NCBI GenBank assembly: GCA_044433665.1
Contig: JAWXTJ010000006.1
Coordinates: 5,369 to 69,368, forward strand
DNA: 64,000 nucleotides
Direction of reading: 5' to 3'
Source: Rikenellaceae bacterium
GTDB lineage: Bacteria > Bacteroidota > Bacteroidia > Bacteroidales > Rikenellaceae
In this document: in pieces, positions 18,708 to 28,400 of the stretch
How positions within the stretch are numbered: position 1 is the stretch's first letter
How the letters are laid out: every line of letters begins with the position of its first letter
Program-made: the position numbers and the translations under genes
The notes under the pieces: generated by a model
Told to the model about the DNA's origin: nothing
Seen by the model: only the letters and a program-made list of their open reading frames with translations
Databases searched by the model: none

Positions 18708-19427
18708 ATGAATTTAGTTATTGATATAGGCAATACCTTAGCTAAAGCGGCGATAATCGACAATAGTATGATTATTGCTACATTTACAGCTGAGACATTG
18801 CAGGAATTACCCTTGCGCCAAGTGGTGGATGAGTATGGCGCAGAGCGATCCATACTCTGTACGACACGAGGGTGTGAGGCGGAATCGACTCATTACGTTC
18901 GCCAAATTGTTGGACATTGTTTGCTGTTCGACCATAATGTAGAGGTTCCCTTAAAGGTGGAGTATTCTCGTAAGAGCTTGGGTAAGGATCGTTTAGCTGC
19001 TGCCGTTGGAGCTTTCTCGACTCATCCTGGAGCGGAGATTATGATTGTCGATTTTGGAACAGCTATCACCATTGACTTTGTTTCGAGTGATGGAGTCTTT
19101 AAAGGAGGCTTTATTTCGCCAGGTCTTGCCACTCGATTGCGATCGCTTCACGATTATACCGCAACTTTGCCTCTGTGTGATCCGATGGAACCTTATGGCT
19201 CGATCGCAAAGAGTACAGAAGAGGCTATAGTTGGCGGAGTGGTCAATGGCATAATTTACGAAATTGAGGGGTATATTCAGAAGAAAAATGAGGAAAAATG
19301 TAATTTTTTTGTAATTTTTTCGGGTGGAGACTCAAATTTCTTTGATAAACGAATTAAAAATGCGATATTTGCAGACCAGTACATCCTTTTTAAAGGGTTG
19401 GACACAATTTTAGATTATAATGCGTAG
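18708..19427 (+). CDS. coaX: Type III pantothenate kinase
   Basis: N-terminal MNLVIDIGNT motif, an ASKHA fold pattern and the DFGTA motif. Confidence 0.85.
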   Translation: MNLVIDIGNTLAKAAIIDNSMIIATFTAETLQELPLRQVVDEYGAERSILCTTRGCEAESTHYVRQIVGHCLLFDHNVEVPLKVEYSRKSLGKDRLAAAVGAFSTHPGAEIMIVDFGTAITIDFVSSDGVFKGGFISPGLATRLRSLHDYTATLPLCDPMEPYGSIAKSTEEAIVGGVVNGIIYEIEGYIQKKNEEKCNFFVIFSGGDSNFFDKRIKNAIFADQYILFKGLDTILDYNA

Positions 19428-20766
19428 ATATAAAAATATACTTTTAGTTGCTGTAGCAGCACTAACATTGGTTCCTTCTGTTCTCTTTGCGCAGACTTAT
19501 GGAAGTATCAACACCTTCTCTCCATATTCAATGTATGGATTAGGTGAGTTGACAACTCCAGGTACAACAGCCACTCGTGCAATGGGTGGTATGGGCGTTG
19601 CTATGCGTACATATACAGATATTAACTTATTGAATCCAGCATCGTATAGTGCGGCTCTTAGTCGAAGCGTGCTATTTAGTTATAGTATGGAGGGATACAA
19701 TATGTATAATAAGCAGAATCAAAATGGTTCAAATGTTTATAACTCATATGCAGGCGTAAATATTCATGATATTGCCATCCAAATGCCATTGGCTAAGAAT
19801 TTAGGTATGGGATTTAGTGTAACCCCATACAGTTCTACAGGTTACGATATTGCAACTACAGAGAACATTACAGATATTGGCCTTTTGAGTTATATCTATA
19901 GCGGTTCGGGAGATGTTACTCAAGTTAAGTTGGGTGTGGGTTGGATGCCATTCAAAAACTTCTCGATTGGTGCTGCGGCTCAATATTTTTGGGGATCTTT
20001 GGATCGTACATTTACTCTCTATCCTTATGTTGTTACAGGTAATGGTACATATTATTCGGCAGTTGGAATCACTAGCTATGATGTCTCTCGAATTAGAGGT
20101 CAGGTGGGTTTCCAATGGTCGCCTATAAGTACTGCAAAGAATAATTTGACGATTGGTGCGGCATATGACCTAGGAGGTAATTTGAATCCTGATTATAGCC
20201 ATACGGTTTATGGAGATGCTTCATTGTTGGTTTTCACCGCTTCCGAGGAGGAGGAGTCTTTGTCGCTTATCCTGCCTAATCAAATTAATGCGGGTGTTAC
20301 ATACCAAAACTTGCAGTGGGTTGTGGGTGTTGATTATACATATCAAAACTGGTTGGCTAAAAATAGTACGTTGGTTGAGTATACCTCGTCGGGTGTTGCT
20401 ATAGCATATAACGACTTCGGAACAGTAAAGTTCGGTGTGCAGTGGACTCCAAATCGCAATGATGTTCGTAGCTATATTAAAAGAGTCTCTTATCGAGGTG
20501 GTGTGCGCTATGGAGGTTACCAAAACACCTTTGGTGGCGAGGAGATAGAGCAGTTTGCAGCAACCCTTGGTGCGAGCTTCCCAATTAAAACAAATGGAAT
20601 CTCGAAAATAGATTTCGGTATGGAGTATGGTTCGCTCGGTTCGAGTGACCTATTTATTGATGCCGATTCGAAGGTTGGCCTTATTGGTCAAAAGTATTTC
20701 AAGGTATCGTTAGGATTCTCACTATTTGGAGAAGACTACTGGTTCCAACGTCCAAAATTTGATTAG
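19420..20766 (+). CDS. Predicted outer-membrane beta-barrel protein, family unassigned
   Basis: 448 aa with signal peptide ...LVPSVLFAQT and Gly/Tyr-rich amphipathic strands throughout. Overlaps the coaX stop by 8 nt. Confidence 0.45.
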   Translation: MRRYKNILLVAVAALTLVPSVLFAQTYGSINTFSPYSMYGLGELTTPGTTATRAMGGMGVAMRTYTDINLLNPASYSAALSRSVLFSYSMEGYNMYNKQNQNGSNVYNSYAGVNIHDIAIQMPLAKNLGMGFSVTPYSSTGYDIATTENITDIGLLSYIYSGSGDVTQVKLGVGWMPFKNFSIGAAAQYFWGSLDRTFTLYPYVVTGNGTYYSAVGITSYDVSRIRGQVGFQWSPISTAKNNLTIGAAYDLGGNLNPDYSHTVYGDASLLVFTASEEEESLSLILPNQINAGVTYQNLQWVVGVDYTYQNWLAKNSTLVEYTSSGVAIAYNDFGTVKFGVQWTPNRNDVRSYIKRVSYRGGVRYGGYQNTFGGEEIEQFAATLGASFPIKTNGISKIDFGMEYGSLGSSDLFIDADSKVGLIGQKYFKVSLGFSLFGEDYWFQRPKFD

Positions 20767-20803
20767 AAAAACTTATAAAATAATTAAATTAATAACGTAA
20801 AGT

Positions 20804-22153
20804 ATGAAGAAAATTAAACTTTTGCTAGTTTGTGCATTCGCAGCTCTTTCATTTAACGCTGTAGCACAAATTGATTACAATGATCCACAGTGGGCAGCGT
20901 GGGGCGAGACAGCAGCAGATCGTGAAGCTAACATGTTGAATGGTTCTTTCTTGAAAGAGGCTATCGACAATAAAGATTATGATGCAGCTACAAAGTATCT
21001 TAACCTGTTGATTAATGGTGCTCCAAAAGCATCACACAACACTTACGCTCGTGGAATTTTGCTTTATCGCAATAAAATTAATCGTGCACGTAGTTTAGCT
21101 GAAAAAGAGATGTATATCGACTCAGTTATGTTGCTTCATGATTTACGTTTAGAGCACTTTGCAGATCATGCAACTTATGGTGCTCCTGTAATCCTTGATA
21201 GTAAGGCTCGTATGTATGCAACTTATAAAGTTAAGGATCGTGAGGGTCTTCGTGAGGTATTTAAAGAGGCTATCGAGGTTGGTGGTCAAGCTACAAAACC
21301 TGATTTGGTTTGCATCTACTTCCAAAATCTTTGTGACGATTACCAAATGGACGAGGTTATGGCAGATGAGATTCTTGCTGAGTATGACCGTTTGACTCCA
21401 TATTTCGAGACTTTGGGTGCTGAGGGTGCTGAGTACAAAGAGAAATTTGATGGTATGTTCGGTGTGAGTGGTGCTGCAAGTTGCGAGAACTTGGAGACTC
21501 TATTCTCTAAGAAACTTGCTGAGGCTCCAGATGATGTTGATCTTTTGGCTAAAGCTGTTGCTTTGATGGATCGTGCATCTTGTCTATCTCCATTCTATAC
21601 AGCTACCGCTGAGAAGTTGTATGAGGTTCGCCCAACAGCTAACGCTGCAATGTCGTTGGCTTCAATCTTCCAAAATCAAGGTGATTACGATAAAGCGTCA
21701 TTGTATTTAACAGAGACTCTTGCAACTGAGGAGGATGTAGAGGCTCGTGAGGCTCTATATAGCCGTATTGCACTTGTTAAACTTGCAGCTGGTGATATGT
21801 CTGAGGCATTGAAAGCAGCTAATCAAGCTATTGCAACCGAGGATGGAACACTTGAGGATAATGGTGTTGCTCTATTTGTTAAGGCGCAGGCTTACGCTCG
21901 TTCAATTACATGTAGTGACTTCGCTTGTTTGGCAGCTTACTGGGCAGCTTATGATGTGATGAGTCAAGCTATTGCGAACTTCTCAGCAGAGGAGGCAGCA
22001 TACCTTGAGCCAGCTCAAGCAATGGCAGCTAGCTACCGTAGCGCATTCCCAACTCAAGAGGAGTGTTTCTTTAATGAGGTTACAGCAGGTAGCTCATACC
22101 GTGTATCACATGGTGCTGCTACAGGAGCTACAACAACTGTAAGATATAGATAA
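20804..22153 (+). CDS. Secreted helical-repeat (TPR-like) protein, function unknown
   Basis: 449 aa with signal peptide MKKIKLLLVCAFAALSFNAVAQ and Ala/Leu/Glu-rich helical content. Confidence 0.4.
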   Translation: MKKIKLLLVCAFAALSFNAVAQIDYNDPQWAAWGETAADREANMLNGSFLKEAIDNKDYDAATKYLNLLINGAPKASHNTYARGILLYRNKINRARSLAEKEMYIDSVMLLHDLRLEHFADHATYGAPVILDSKARMYATYKVKDREGLREVFKEAIEVGGQATKPDLVCIYFQNLCDDYQMDEVMADEILAEYDRLTPYFETLGAEGAEYKEKFDGMFGVSGAASCENLETLFSKKLAEAPDDVDLLAKAVALMDRASCLSPFYTATAEKLYEVRPTANAAMSLASIFQNQGDYDKASLYLTETLATEEDVEAREALYSRIALVKLAAGDMSEALKAANQAIATEDGTLEDNGVALFVKAQAYARSITCSDFACLAAYWAAYDVMSQAIANFSAEEAAYLEPAQAMAASYRSAFPTQEECFFNEVTAGSSYRVSHGAATGATTTVRYR

Positions 22154-22166
22154 ATTAGGTGCGTTG

Positions 22167-22964
22167 ATGCGCAAAAAGTTTACAAATAATTGCTTGGTAG
22201 CACTTCTCGTTTTGGGAAGTGCTATCTCGCTGTTATCATGCGACGATCAAAAAAGTGTTTCGTCGAAGGTCTCGCTGGAGACTTTGATGAGTGAATCAAG
22301 CGATAGCCTTACGGTTCTTGTTTCGGAAAATGGTCGTCCCTCTTATCATTTCTTCGCACCTTTGGTCGAAGGGTATAGTTTGGCTCGTGAACCATATCGT
22401 GAGTTTCGCAAGGGAGTTAATATTGTTACATATTTGGATGACTCTTTAAAGAGTGTCGACGTTACTTTGCGAGCAAATTATGCTATAAATTATCCAAATC
22501 TGAATCTTTGGGAGGCTAAGGGTGATGTCGAGGTGATTAAGCATGATGGCAAGGAGCTATACACTCAACAACTTTTCTGGAACTCTACTACCAAGCGAAT
22601 TTACTCGAATGTTGATACTAAGATTGTTGACTCGGTGAGCGAAGATGTCTATACAGGCGAGGGTTTCGAATCGGATGAGGAGATGAAGGTGTGGAGCTTT
22701 AGAAAGATGAAAGGTACCATTCGAGTTGATACATCGCCTATGCAATCAGATTCAACGGTGGTCGATAAACCAACTCTGATCGACACTTTAGAGGTGCCGA
22801 AAGAGACGGTGAAACCACGAACGACAATGACACCCAAAAGAGAGCCATTTCGTCAAAGTGCTGAGCCTGGAGGTTTGGATAGTGGTAGTCTGAGAGCTGT
22901 TAACCGAGAGGAGAGACCTTTGCCTGCTCGTCCCGATAGCTTGAGTCGAATCAAGAAGGAGTAA
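22167..22964 (+). CDS. LptC-like periplasmic lipoprotein (tentative)
   Basis: Lipobox LLSC, a beta-rich body and a low-complexity C-terminus. Its position upstream of the CBS/hemolysin-type gene matches the gene order I recall in Bacteroidia. ATG at 22167 preferred to the TTG at 22164. Confidence 0.4.
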   Translation: MRKKFTNNCLVALLVLGSAISLLSCDDQKSVSSKVSLETLMSESSDSLTVLVSENGRPSYHFFAPLVEGYSLAREPYREFRKGVNIVTYLDDSLKSVDVTLRANYAINYPNLNLWEAKGDVEVIKHDGKELYTQQLFWNSTTKRIYSNVDTKIVDSVSEDVYTGEGFESDEEMKVWSFRKMKGTIRVDTSPMQSDSTVVDKPTLIDTLEVPKETVKPRTTMTPKREPFRQSAEPGGLDSGSLRAVNREERPLPARPDSLSRIKKE

Positions 22965-23010
22965 CCTCTTTTGAGTGAACTCCCTGTAATTATCCCAAAA
23001 TAAATAATCT

Positions 23011-24282
23011 ATGATAAATATAATCGTTGTTATACTCTTAACATTGTTGCTCTCAGCCTTTTTCTCAGGTATGGAGATTGCCTTTGTGAGTAAAAACCGA
23101 TTGAAATTAGAGATAGAGCGTAAGCAGAATAGAGCCTTCGACTATCTAGTTGAAATATTTGCTAATAACCCAGGGCAATATATCACAACGATATTGGTGG
23201 GTAATAATATTTCGCTTGTTATCTATTCGCTCTTTATGTCGAAATTAGTCCGTGAGGTTGCTCTCCATTTTGGGTGGTTCTCGATTGCTCACAATGGGTC
23301 GGTGTTTGTTGAGACTATACTTTCGACTTTGATGATTATTTTTATTGGAGAGTTTCTTCCGAAGTCTATTTTTAAGCATAATCCAAATTTTTACTTTCGG
23401 ATTTTTGCTGCTCCAATCTACTTTTTTTACCTTTTACTCTATCCTATTGCGAAGTTTACGACACTTCTCTCGATGCTTATGTTGCGTCTTATTGGACACA
23501 AAGTTGATGAGCAGAGTGTTGATGCAACTTTCGATAGGTCGGATTTAGCGAGTCTACTCGATACTTCGACTCCTGAGGTTGCCAGTGAGACTGAGAATGA
23601 GATTAAGTTGTTTCAAAATGCCTTGGATTTTGCCGATCAGAGAGTTCGGGATTGCATGACGCAACGTGTAGATATTGAGGCGGTTGATATAGATGCAACT
23701 TCAATTAAAGATATTACCGAGCGTTTCACACAGACGAAATATTCACGTTTGTTTGTGTGGCGAGGCAGTATTGATAATATTATCGGATATGTAAACTCTA
23801 AATCTCTGTTTCACGACCCGCAAGATCTGAGCTCAATTGTTAAGAGCGTAAATTGTGTTCCTGAGTCTATGCCGTTGACACTTTTGATTCAGACGTTGAC
23901 CAAGGATAAACGCAATATTGCAGTGGTTATTGATGAATTTGGCGGTACGGCTGGTGTAATATCATTGGAGGATGTTTTGGAGCAGATTTTCGGTGAAATC
24001 GAAGATGAGCATGATGAACCAGAGATGATCGAGAAGGAGCTAGCCGAGAATGAATATCTTTTTGCAGGTCGCTTGGAGGTGAAGTATCTCAATGAACGTT
24101 ATGATCTTGATTTGGAGGAGAGTGAAGATTATGATACCTTGGCGGGATATATTATCTATACACACAAAGGTATTCCCGTACCAGGTGAGAGTGTCGCAAT
24201 ATCACATTTTGACTTTAAAATTCTGAAAACTACAGATACTCGTATAGAGTTAGTTAGGGTGAAGCTCATAAGTGAGAGGTAA
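23011..24282 (+). CDS. DUF21-CBS-CorC/HlyC family membrane protein (GldE / hemolysin-like)
   Basis: 423 aa with four N-terminal TM helices, a CBS pair and a C-terminal CorC_HlyC-like domain. Confidence 0.8.
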   Translation: MINIIVVILLTLLLSAFFSGMEIAFVSKNRLKLEIERKQNRAFDYLVEIFANNPGQYITTILVGNNISLVIYSLFMSKLVREVALHFGWFSIAHNGSVFVETILSTLMIIFIGEFLPKSIFKHNPNFYFRIFAAPIYFFYLLLYPIAKFTTLLSMLMLRLIGHKVDEQSVDATFDRSDLASLLDTSTPEVASETENEIKLFQNALDFADQRVRDCMTQRVDIEAVDIDATSIKDITERFTQTKYSRLFVWRGSIDNIIGYVNSKSLFHDPQDLSSIVKSVNCVPESMPLTLLIQTLTKDKRNIAVVIDEFGGTAGVISLEDVLEQIFGEIEDEHDEPEMIEKELAENEYLFAGRLEVKYLNERYDLDLEESEDYDTLAGYIIYTHKGIPVPGESVAISHFDFKILKTTDTRIELVRVKLISER

Positions 24283-24313
24283 TCTTTGAGGATAATTTAC
24301 TCTTTTAGTTTAA

Positions 24314-24473
24314 GGGGAGTTCTAATTTCTCCCTAAAATACTTTTCGATTACTAACCACCCCTTTTTGATTTTACAAAAATAGGTGGTAGAGCTACTACA
24401 ACCCACTTTTGCAAAATCAAAAATGGATAATTATTAACCAAAAAATAAAATTAGGGAGAAAATAGAACTCCCC
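24314..24473. mobile_element. 160-bp hairpin MITE-like element, copy 1, flanked by a TTAA direct duplication
   Basis: Ends are ggggagttctaatttctcccta and tagggagaaaatagaactcccc (21 of 22 complementary). TTAA occurs at 24310-24313 and 24474-24477. Nearly identical to the copies at 59767 and 59884. Confidence 0.8.
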
Positions 24474-24529
24474 TTAAAAGATTTTGTTATTTTAAGTCAC
24501 ATCTTATCTATTCTTTAAAATTATTTTAT

Positions 24530-24537
24530 TACCTTTG
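24530..24537 (+). promoter_or_regulatory. -7 box (TAccTTTG) for the PpiD-like gene
   Basis: Exact TAnnTTTG match about 40 nt upstream of the ATG at 24578. Confidence 0.5.
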
Positions 24538-24577
24538 GTGTCAATTTAGAAATTTAAAATAAACAATTAATAAATAT

Positions 24578-26608
24578 ATGGCAAGTTTAAACACGCTACG
24601 AACCAAATTTGGTTATGTGCTTTCGGCAATTATTGCCTTTGCACTTTTGGCATTTATCTTCTCGTTGAAGAACGAGATGGGATTCTCATCTAATGATGTA
24701 AAGGTTGGAGAGATTAATTCAGAGGATGTGTTGTACACGGAGTACTATGCAGAGTATGAGAACATTAAGGATCAATCAGGCGCTACCGAGTCTACAGAGC
24801 AACAAGCTGCTGCTTTGGCGACAGCTGCATGGCAATCAATGATCTCGAAGAAACTTTTTATTCCAGGCTTCGAGCAGTTGGGTATCACAATGAGTGAGGC
24901 TGAGCGCATGGCTGTAATCAGCGGTGAGATCATGACTCAATCGTTCAGCTCTGCATTTGCAGATCCTGCAACAGGAGTTTTCAATCCAGCATATCTTGCT
25001 CAATTCTTGAGTCAAGCGTCTGTAAATCCTCAAGTAGATGTTGCTTGGGCTCAAATCAATGAACAAGCTCGTGAGGAGCGTGCAGCATTGAAGTTCAGTA
25101 CCTTGGTTCGCACTGGAGCTTATGCCAATAAGTTGGAGGTTGCGCAAGGTGTAACCTCAGCAAACAATAGCTACTCAGGAAAATGGGTTAGCAAGCCATA
25201 CACATCTATGCCAGACTCTCTTTTCACAGTGACAGACGCTGAGATTAAGAAATATTACGAGGCTAATAAGGCTGCATATCGCAAGTCGCCAACTCGTACA
25301 TTAAGTTATGTAACTTTTGCATTCGATCCTACTGAGGAGGATATTGTTAATTTGGAGAATACCGCATTGAGTGTAAGCAAGGAGTTTGCAGCGGCTGAGG
25401 ATCTTAAGAGTTTTGTACGTGGAAACCTTAATGGTTCTATTACTGATAACTATATGTCGACAGCTCAACTTACAGCGGCTCAGGCTGAGGCATTTGCCAA
25501 GGGTGAGATGTATGGTCCATTGAATACAAATAATATCTGGACAATGTCGAGAGTTGCTTCAACGATCTCTGCACCAGATTCAGTAGGTCTTCGTCACATA
25601 GTTCTTAGCTATACTCAAGAGGCTTTGGCCGATAGCTTGGTTACAGCGCTTAAGGGTGGTGCAGATTTTGCACAGGCAGCTTTGGAGAACTCTCTATACA
25701 CACAAACTGCTCAAGTTGGTGGTGAGGTTGGAGTGTTACCTTTCTCTTCTTTCTCGGATGAATTCGTTTCGGTTCTAGCAACAGCTAAGGCTGGCGATAT
25801 TGTGAAGATCTCGGCAGGTGATATGATTCAAATCCTTGAGGTTTATCGTGCTGATAGCCGTAAGCCACACTATCAAGTTGCAACGGTTGAGTATCCAGTG
25901 GAGGCATCTCAAACGACTATCTCGGCTCTTCATACTGATGCAGGTATGTACTCGGTTGATGCTAAGGGTGGTGTAAGTAAGTTCAACAGTGCAGCAAATG
26001 AGCATGGCATAGTTGTAAGAACAGCTTCTATTACTAATGGCGATCGCACAATTCGCACAATCAATGACTCTCGCGAGATTACTCGTTGGGCTTATGGTGC
26101 TGAGGTTGGTGATATGTCAGATATTTTCAAGACTGAAGATGGTTATGTTGTTGCAGTTCTAACAGGAATCGACGATGAAGAGTATCGTTCACTTGCAAGT
26201 GTAACCCCTACAATTCGTACAGTTCTTATTCGTGATAAGAAGTTTGCTGAGGCATCTAAGTCAATGACAGGTTCTTCGATTGAGGTGATTGGAGCGGCAG
26301 TTGATAGCGAGGTTGGTGAGTTTGCAGATGTGCAGTTTGTATCGCAATATATTGCAGGAATTGGTGTTGAGCCTAAGGTTGTAGGTGCTATTACGCTTAG
26401 TGGCACGGTAGGTCTTACAGCTCCAATTCAAGGTCTTTCGGGAGTTTATGTTCTTGACATTGCACCAGCAGTAACAACAGCGGATCAAACAGAGAGCATG
26501 GAGAGTGCACTTGCACAAGCGACAGTTGAAGACAGAATGTCACAATATGTATTCAATGCTGTACAGGGTATGGCTAGTATTAAAGATCTTAGAGGTAAGT
26601 ATTTTTAA
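24578..26608 (+). CDS. PpiD-like membrane-anchored periplasmic chaperone / peptidylprolyl isomerase
   Basis: 676 aa with an N-terminal TM anchor (YVLSAIIAFALLAFIF), a SurA-N-like region and a parvulin-like segment (GLRHIVLSY...GGEVGVL). Confidence 0.65.
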   Translation: MASLNTLRTKFGYVLSAIIAFALLAFIFSLKNEMGFSSNDVKVGEINSEDVLYTEYYAEYENIKDQSGATESTEQQAAALATAAWQSMISKKLFIPGFEQLGITMSEAERMAVISGEIMTQSFSSAFADPATGVFNPAYLAQFLSQASVNPQVDVAWAQINEQAREERAALKFSTLVRTGAYANKLEVAQGVTSANNSYSGKWVSKPYTSMPDSLFTVTDAEIKKYYEANKAAYRKSPTRTLSYVTFAFDPTEEDIVNLENTALSVSKEFAAAEDLKSFVRGNLNGSITDNYMSTAQLTAAQAEAFAKGEMYGPLNTNNIWTMSRVASTISAPDSVGLRHIVLSYTQEALADSLVTALKGGADFAQAALENSLYTQTAQVGGEVGVLPFSSFSDEFVSVLATAKAGDIVKISAGDMIQILEVYRADSRKPHYQVATVEYPVEASQTTISALHTDAGMYSVDAKGGVSKFNSAANEHGIVVRTASITNGDRTIRTINDSREITRWAYGAEVGDMSDIFKTEDGYVVAVLTGIDDEEYRSLASVTPTIRTVLIRDKKFAEASKSMTGSSIEVIGAAVDSEVGEFADVQFVSQYIAGIGVEPKVVGAITLSGTVGLTAPIQGLSGVYVLDIAPAVTTADQTESMESALAQATVEDRMSQYVFNAVQGMASIKDLRGKYF

Positions 26609-26626
26609 TCTAATACAATAGATTGA

Positions 26627-26662
26627 GAAAAGGGTAGCAAAAATAATTTGCTACCCTTTTTC
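26627..26662. terminator. Rho-independent terminator after the PpiD-like gene
   Basis: gaaaagggtagcaaa-aataa-tttgctaccctttttc, with flanking A and T runs. Confidence 0.75.
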
Positions 26663-26842
26663 TCGCCTTAAAACCACTCTCTACTGTGCTCATGCTGCAC
26701 GGGCACCAAGTGGATCCAAGAAGTGTTGTTTTGATTCTGTATTGCACTTATTTAGTGGGGTTTCGCCCATAGATATATCTATGTTAATATGCGGTTGTCA
26801 TCACTAAATCTGCGCAGTGAACTTTGTGGATGGTCGTAAAAG

Positions 26843-27265
26843 TTATATGTTTAGATTTTTTAGGTATTTATTCTCTTTGGCTCGCATGGCGATTGCGTCT
26901 TCGGGTGATTTGTCGCCTTGGCCGCATAGGTGCATTACTCCGTGGATTAGGATACGGTGCATCTCTTCGAGTGGGGTAGCATCATATTGAGTTGCATTGT
27001 CGGCTACCGTCTCAATGTCTATAAAAAGATCGCCTGATATGTATCCCTCGTCGAGGTCGCTGTAATCGAACGTTATTATATCTGTGAAGTAATCGTGTTG
27101 TAGAAACTCTCGGTTAATCTCCAATAGACGATCTGCTGAGCAGAATATTATGTTTATATCGCCCATTTGGAAGCCCTCAGTTGCAGCGGACTCCTTTAGC
27201 CATTTATTGATTATTCGGCGATTACCAAAGCTGTATTTGCAGCTGTCGTGGTTGTATCGTATCAT
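26843..27265 (-). CDS. ybeY: rRNA maturation endoribonuclease YbeY
   Basis: 140 aa with the metal-binding motif HGVMHLCG. Confidence 0.85.
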   Translation of the reverse strand: MIRYNHDSCKYSFGNRRIINKWLKESAATEGFQMGDINIIFCSADRLLEINREFLQHDYFTDIITFDYSDLDEGYISGDLFIDIETVADNATQYDATPLEEMHRILIHGVMHLCGQGDKSPEDAIAMRAKENKYLKNLNI

Positions 27266-27270
27266 TTTAT

Positions 27271-28398
27271 CTATTTTTTAAAGCAATCTGAGGCTTTCAT
27301 CTTCTCGGTTGGTGAGGGTGGGTAGATTCCAAAGATAATTTTATACTCGGTGTTCATCGTTATAACATCTATCGAAGCTCCTACTTTTCCAATGTTCTGA
27401 TTTCTATTTACTACTTGGTTTTTTGTAACTGTGGTGCTTTTCAAACCTGCGTATGAGGCGATATACTCTCCGTGGGCGATGTAGACATCATATTTGCCTG
27501 TGATTCTATTTTGTTTAATGTCGACGACTTTTCCCTCGTAGATGGATATAACATTTGAATTGTCTTTGCCTGTTATTTCGGCCATGTTGTCCATATATCG
27601 TTTTACCTTGCCTCCTTGAACTGGGAGGTTTAGATTTGAGGTGCGTGTGCTAAATGAGCCTCCTTGAGTATTACCTTTAGAGAGCTTTCTTAGTTCGTTA
27701 ATCGCTGCATCGAGCATCTGTTCTTGAAGTGCTTTTGATTGCAGTGCATTGCGCTCCTCTGCTGTCATTTTGCTGATTGATGCACGTGCGGAGTTGATAT
27801 TTTTTTGGATGCTATTTTTTTGGCGTATTATATCTTGCGCTATAGAATCGAGTGAGGCTTTACGATTGACGAGAAGCGTGTGTTTAGAATCGAGATCTCG
27901 TGCCATGGAGTCTATACTATACATATGCTCATGACGAATTTGTGCCATGCGACGGATGCTGACAATACGGCGAGCTATATCTTTGAAGTTGTCGGAGGCG
28001 AAGATATAACTTACAAAGTTGTTGTGTCGATAGTTGCGATAGGCCTCACGCACCATTTTGCTATACTCGGTTCTTTGTATGGTGAGGTCATTATCTAGTT
28101 TGATTATCTGCTCAGATGTTGTGTTAATGTCGACTGTGATAAGTCTGATTTGTTTGTTTTGAGCCTCTAATAATCTATTGCGTTGCTCCACTTGGCGTGC
28201 TAGGGTTTGCACTTTGGTTTGCTCTGCATTTTTATCTTTTTGAATTGCAGTTATCTTTTTCTCATCTTCGGCAATTTGCTTCTCGATAGAGGCTATAACT
28301 CGCTTTTGGGCATCGACACTACTCTGCTCCTGAGCACGGAGAGGTGCTACAGTGGCGAGTAAGAGTGTGATGAAAATTGAGGTTAGTGCTCTGCGCAT
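27271..28398 (-). CDS. EnvC-like coiled-coil protein with a degenerate M23/LytM domain
   Basis: Signal peptide, about 230 aa of coiled coil, and a C-terminal LytM-like beta domain (YIAHGEYIASYAGL) without obvious catalytic His residues. Confidence 0.55.
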   Translation of the reverse strand: MRRALTSIFITLLLATVAPLRAQEQSSVDAQKRVIASIEKQIAEDEKKITAIQKDKNAEQTKVQTLARQVEQRNRLLEAQNKQIRLITVDINTTSEQIIKLDNDLTIQRTEYSKMVREAYRNYRHNNFVSYIFASDNFKDIARRIVSIRRMAQIRHEHMYSIDSMARDLDSKHTLLVNRKASLDSIAQDIIRQKNSIQKNINSARASISKMTAEERNALQSKALQEQMLDAAINELRKLSKGNTQGGSFSTRTSNLNLPVQGGKVKRYMDNMAEITGKDNSNVISIYEGKVVDIKQNRITGKYDVYIAHGEYIASYAGLKSTTVTKNQVVNRNQNIGKVGASIDVITMNTEYKIIFGIYPPSPTEKMKASDCFKK

Positions 28399-28400
28399 AA

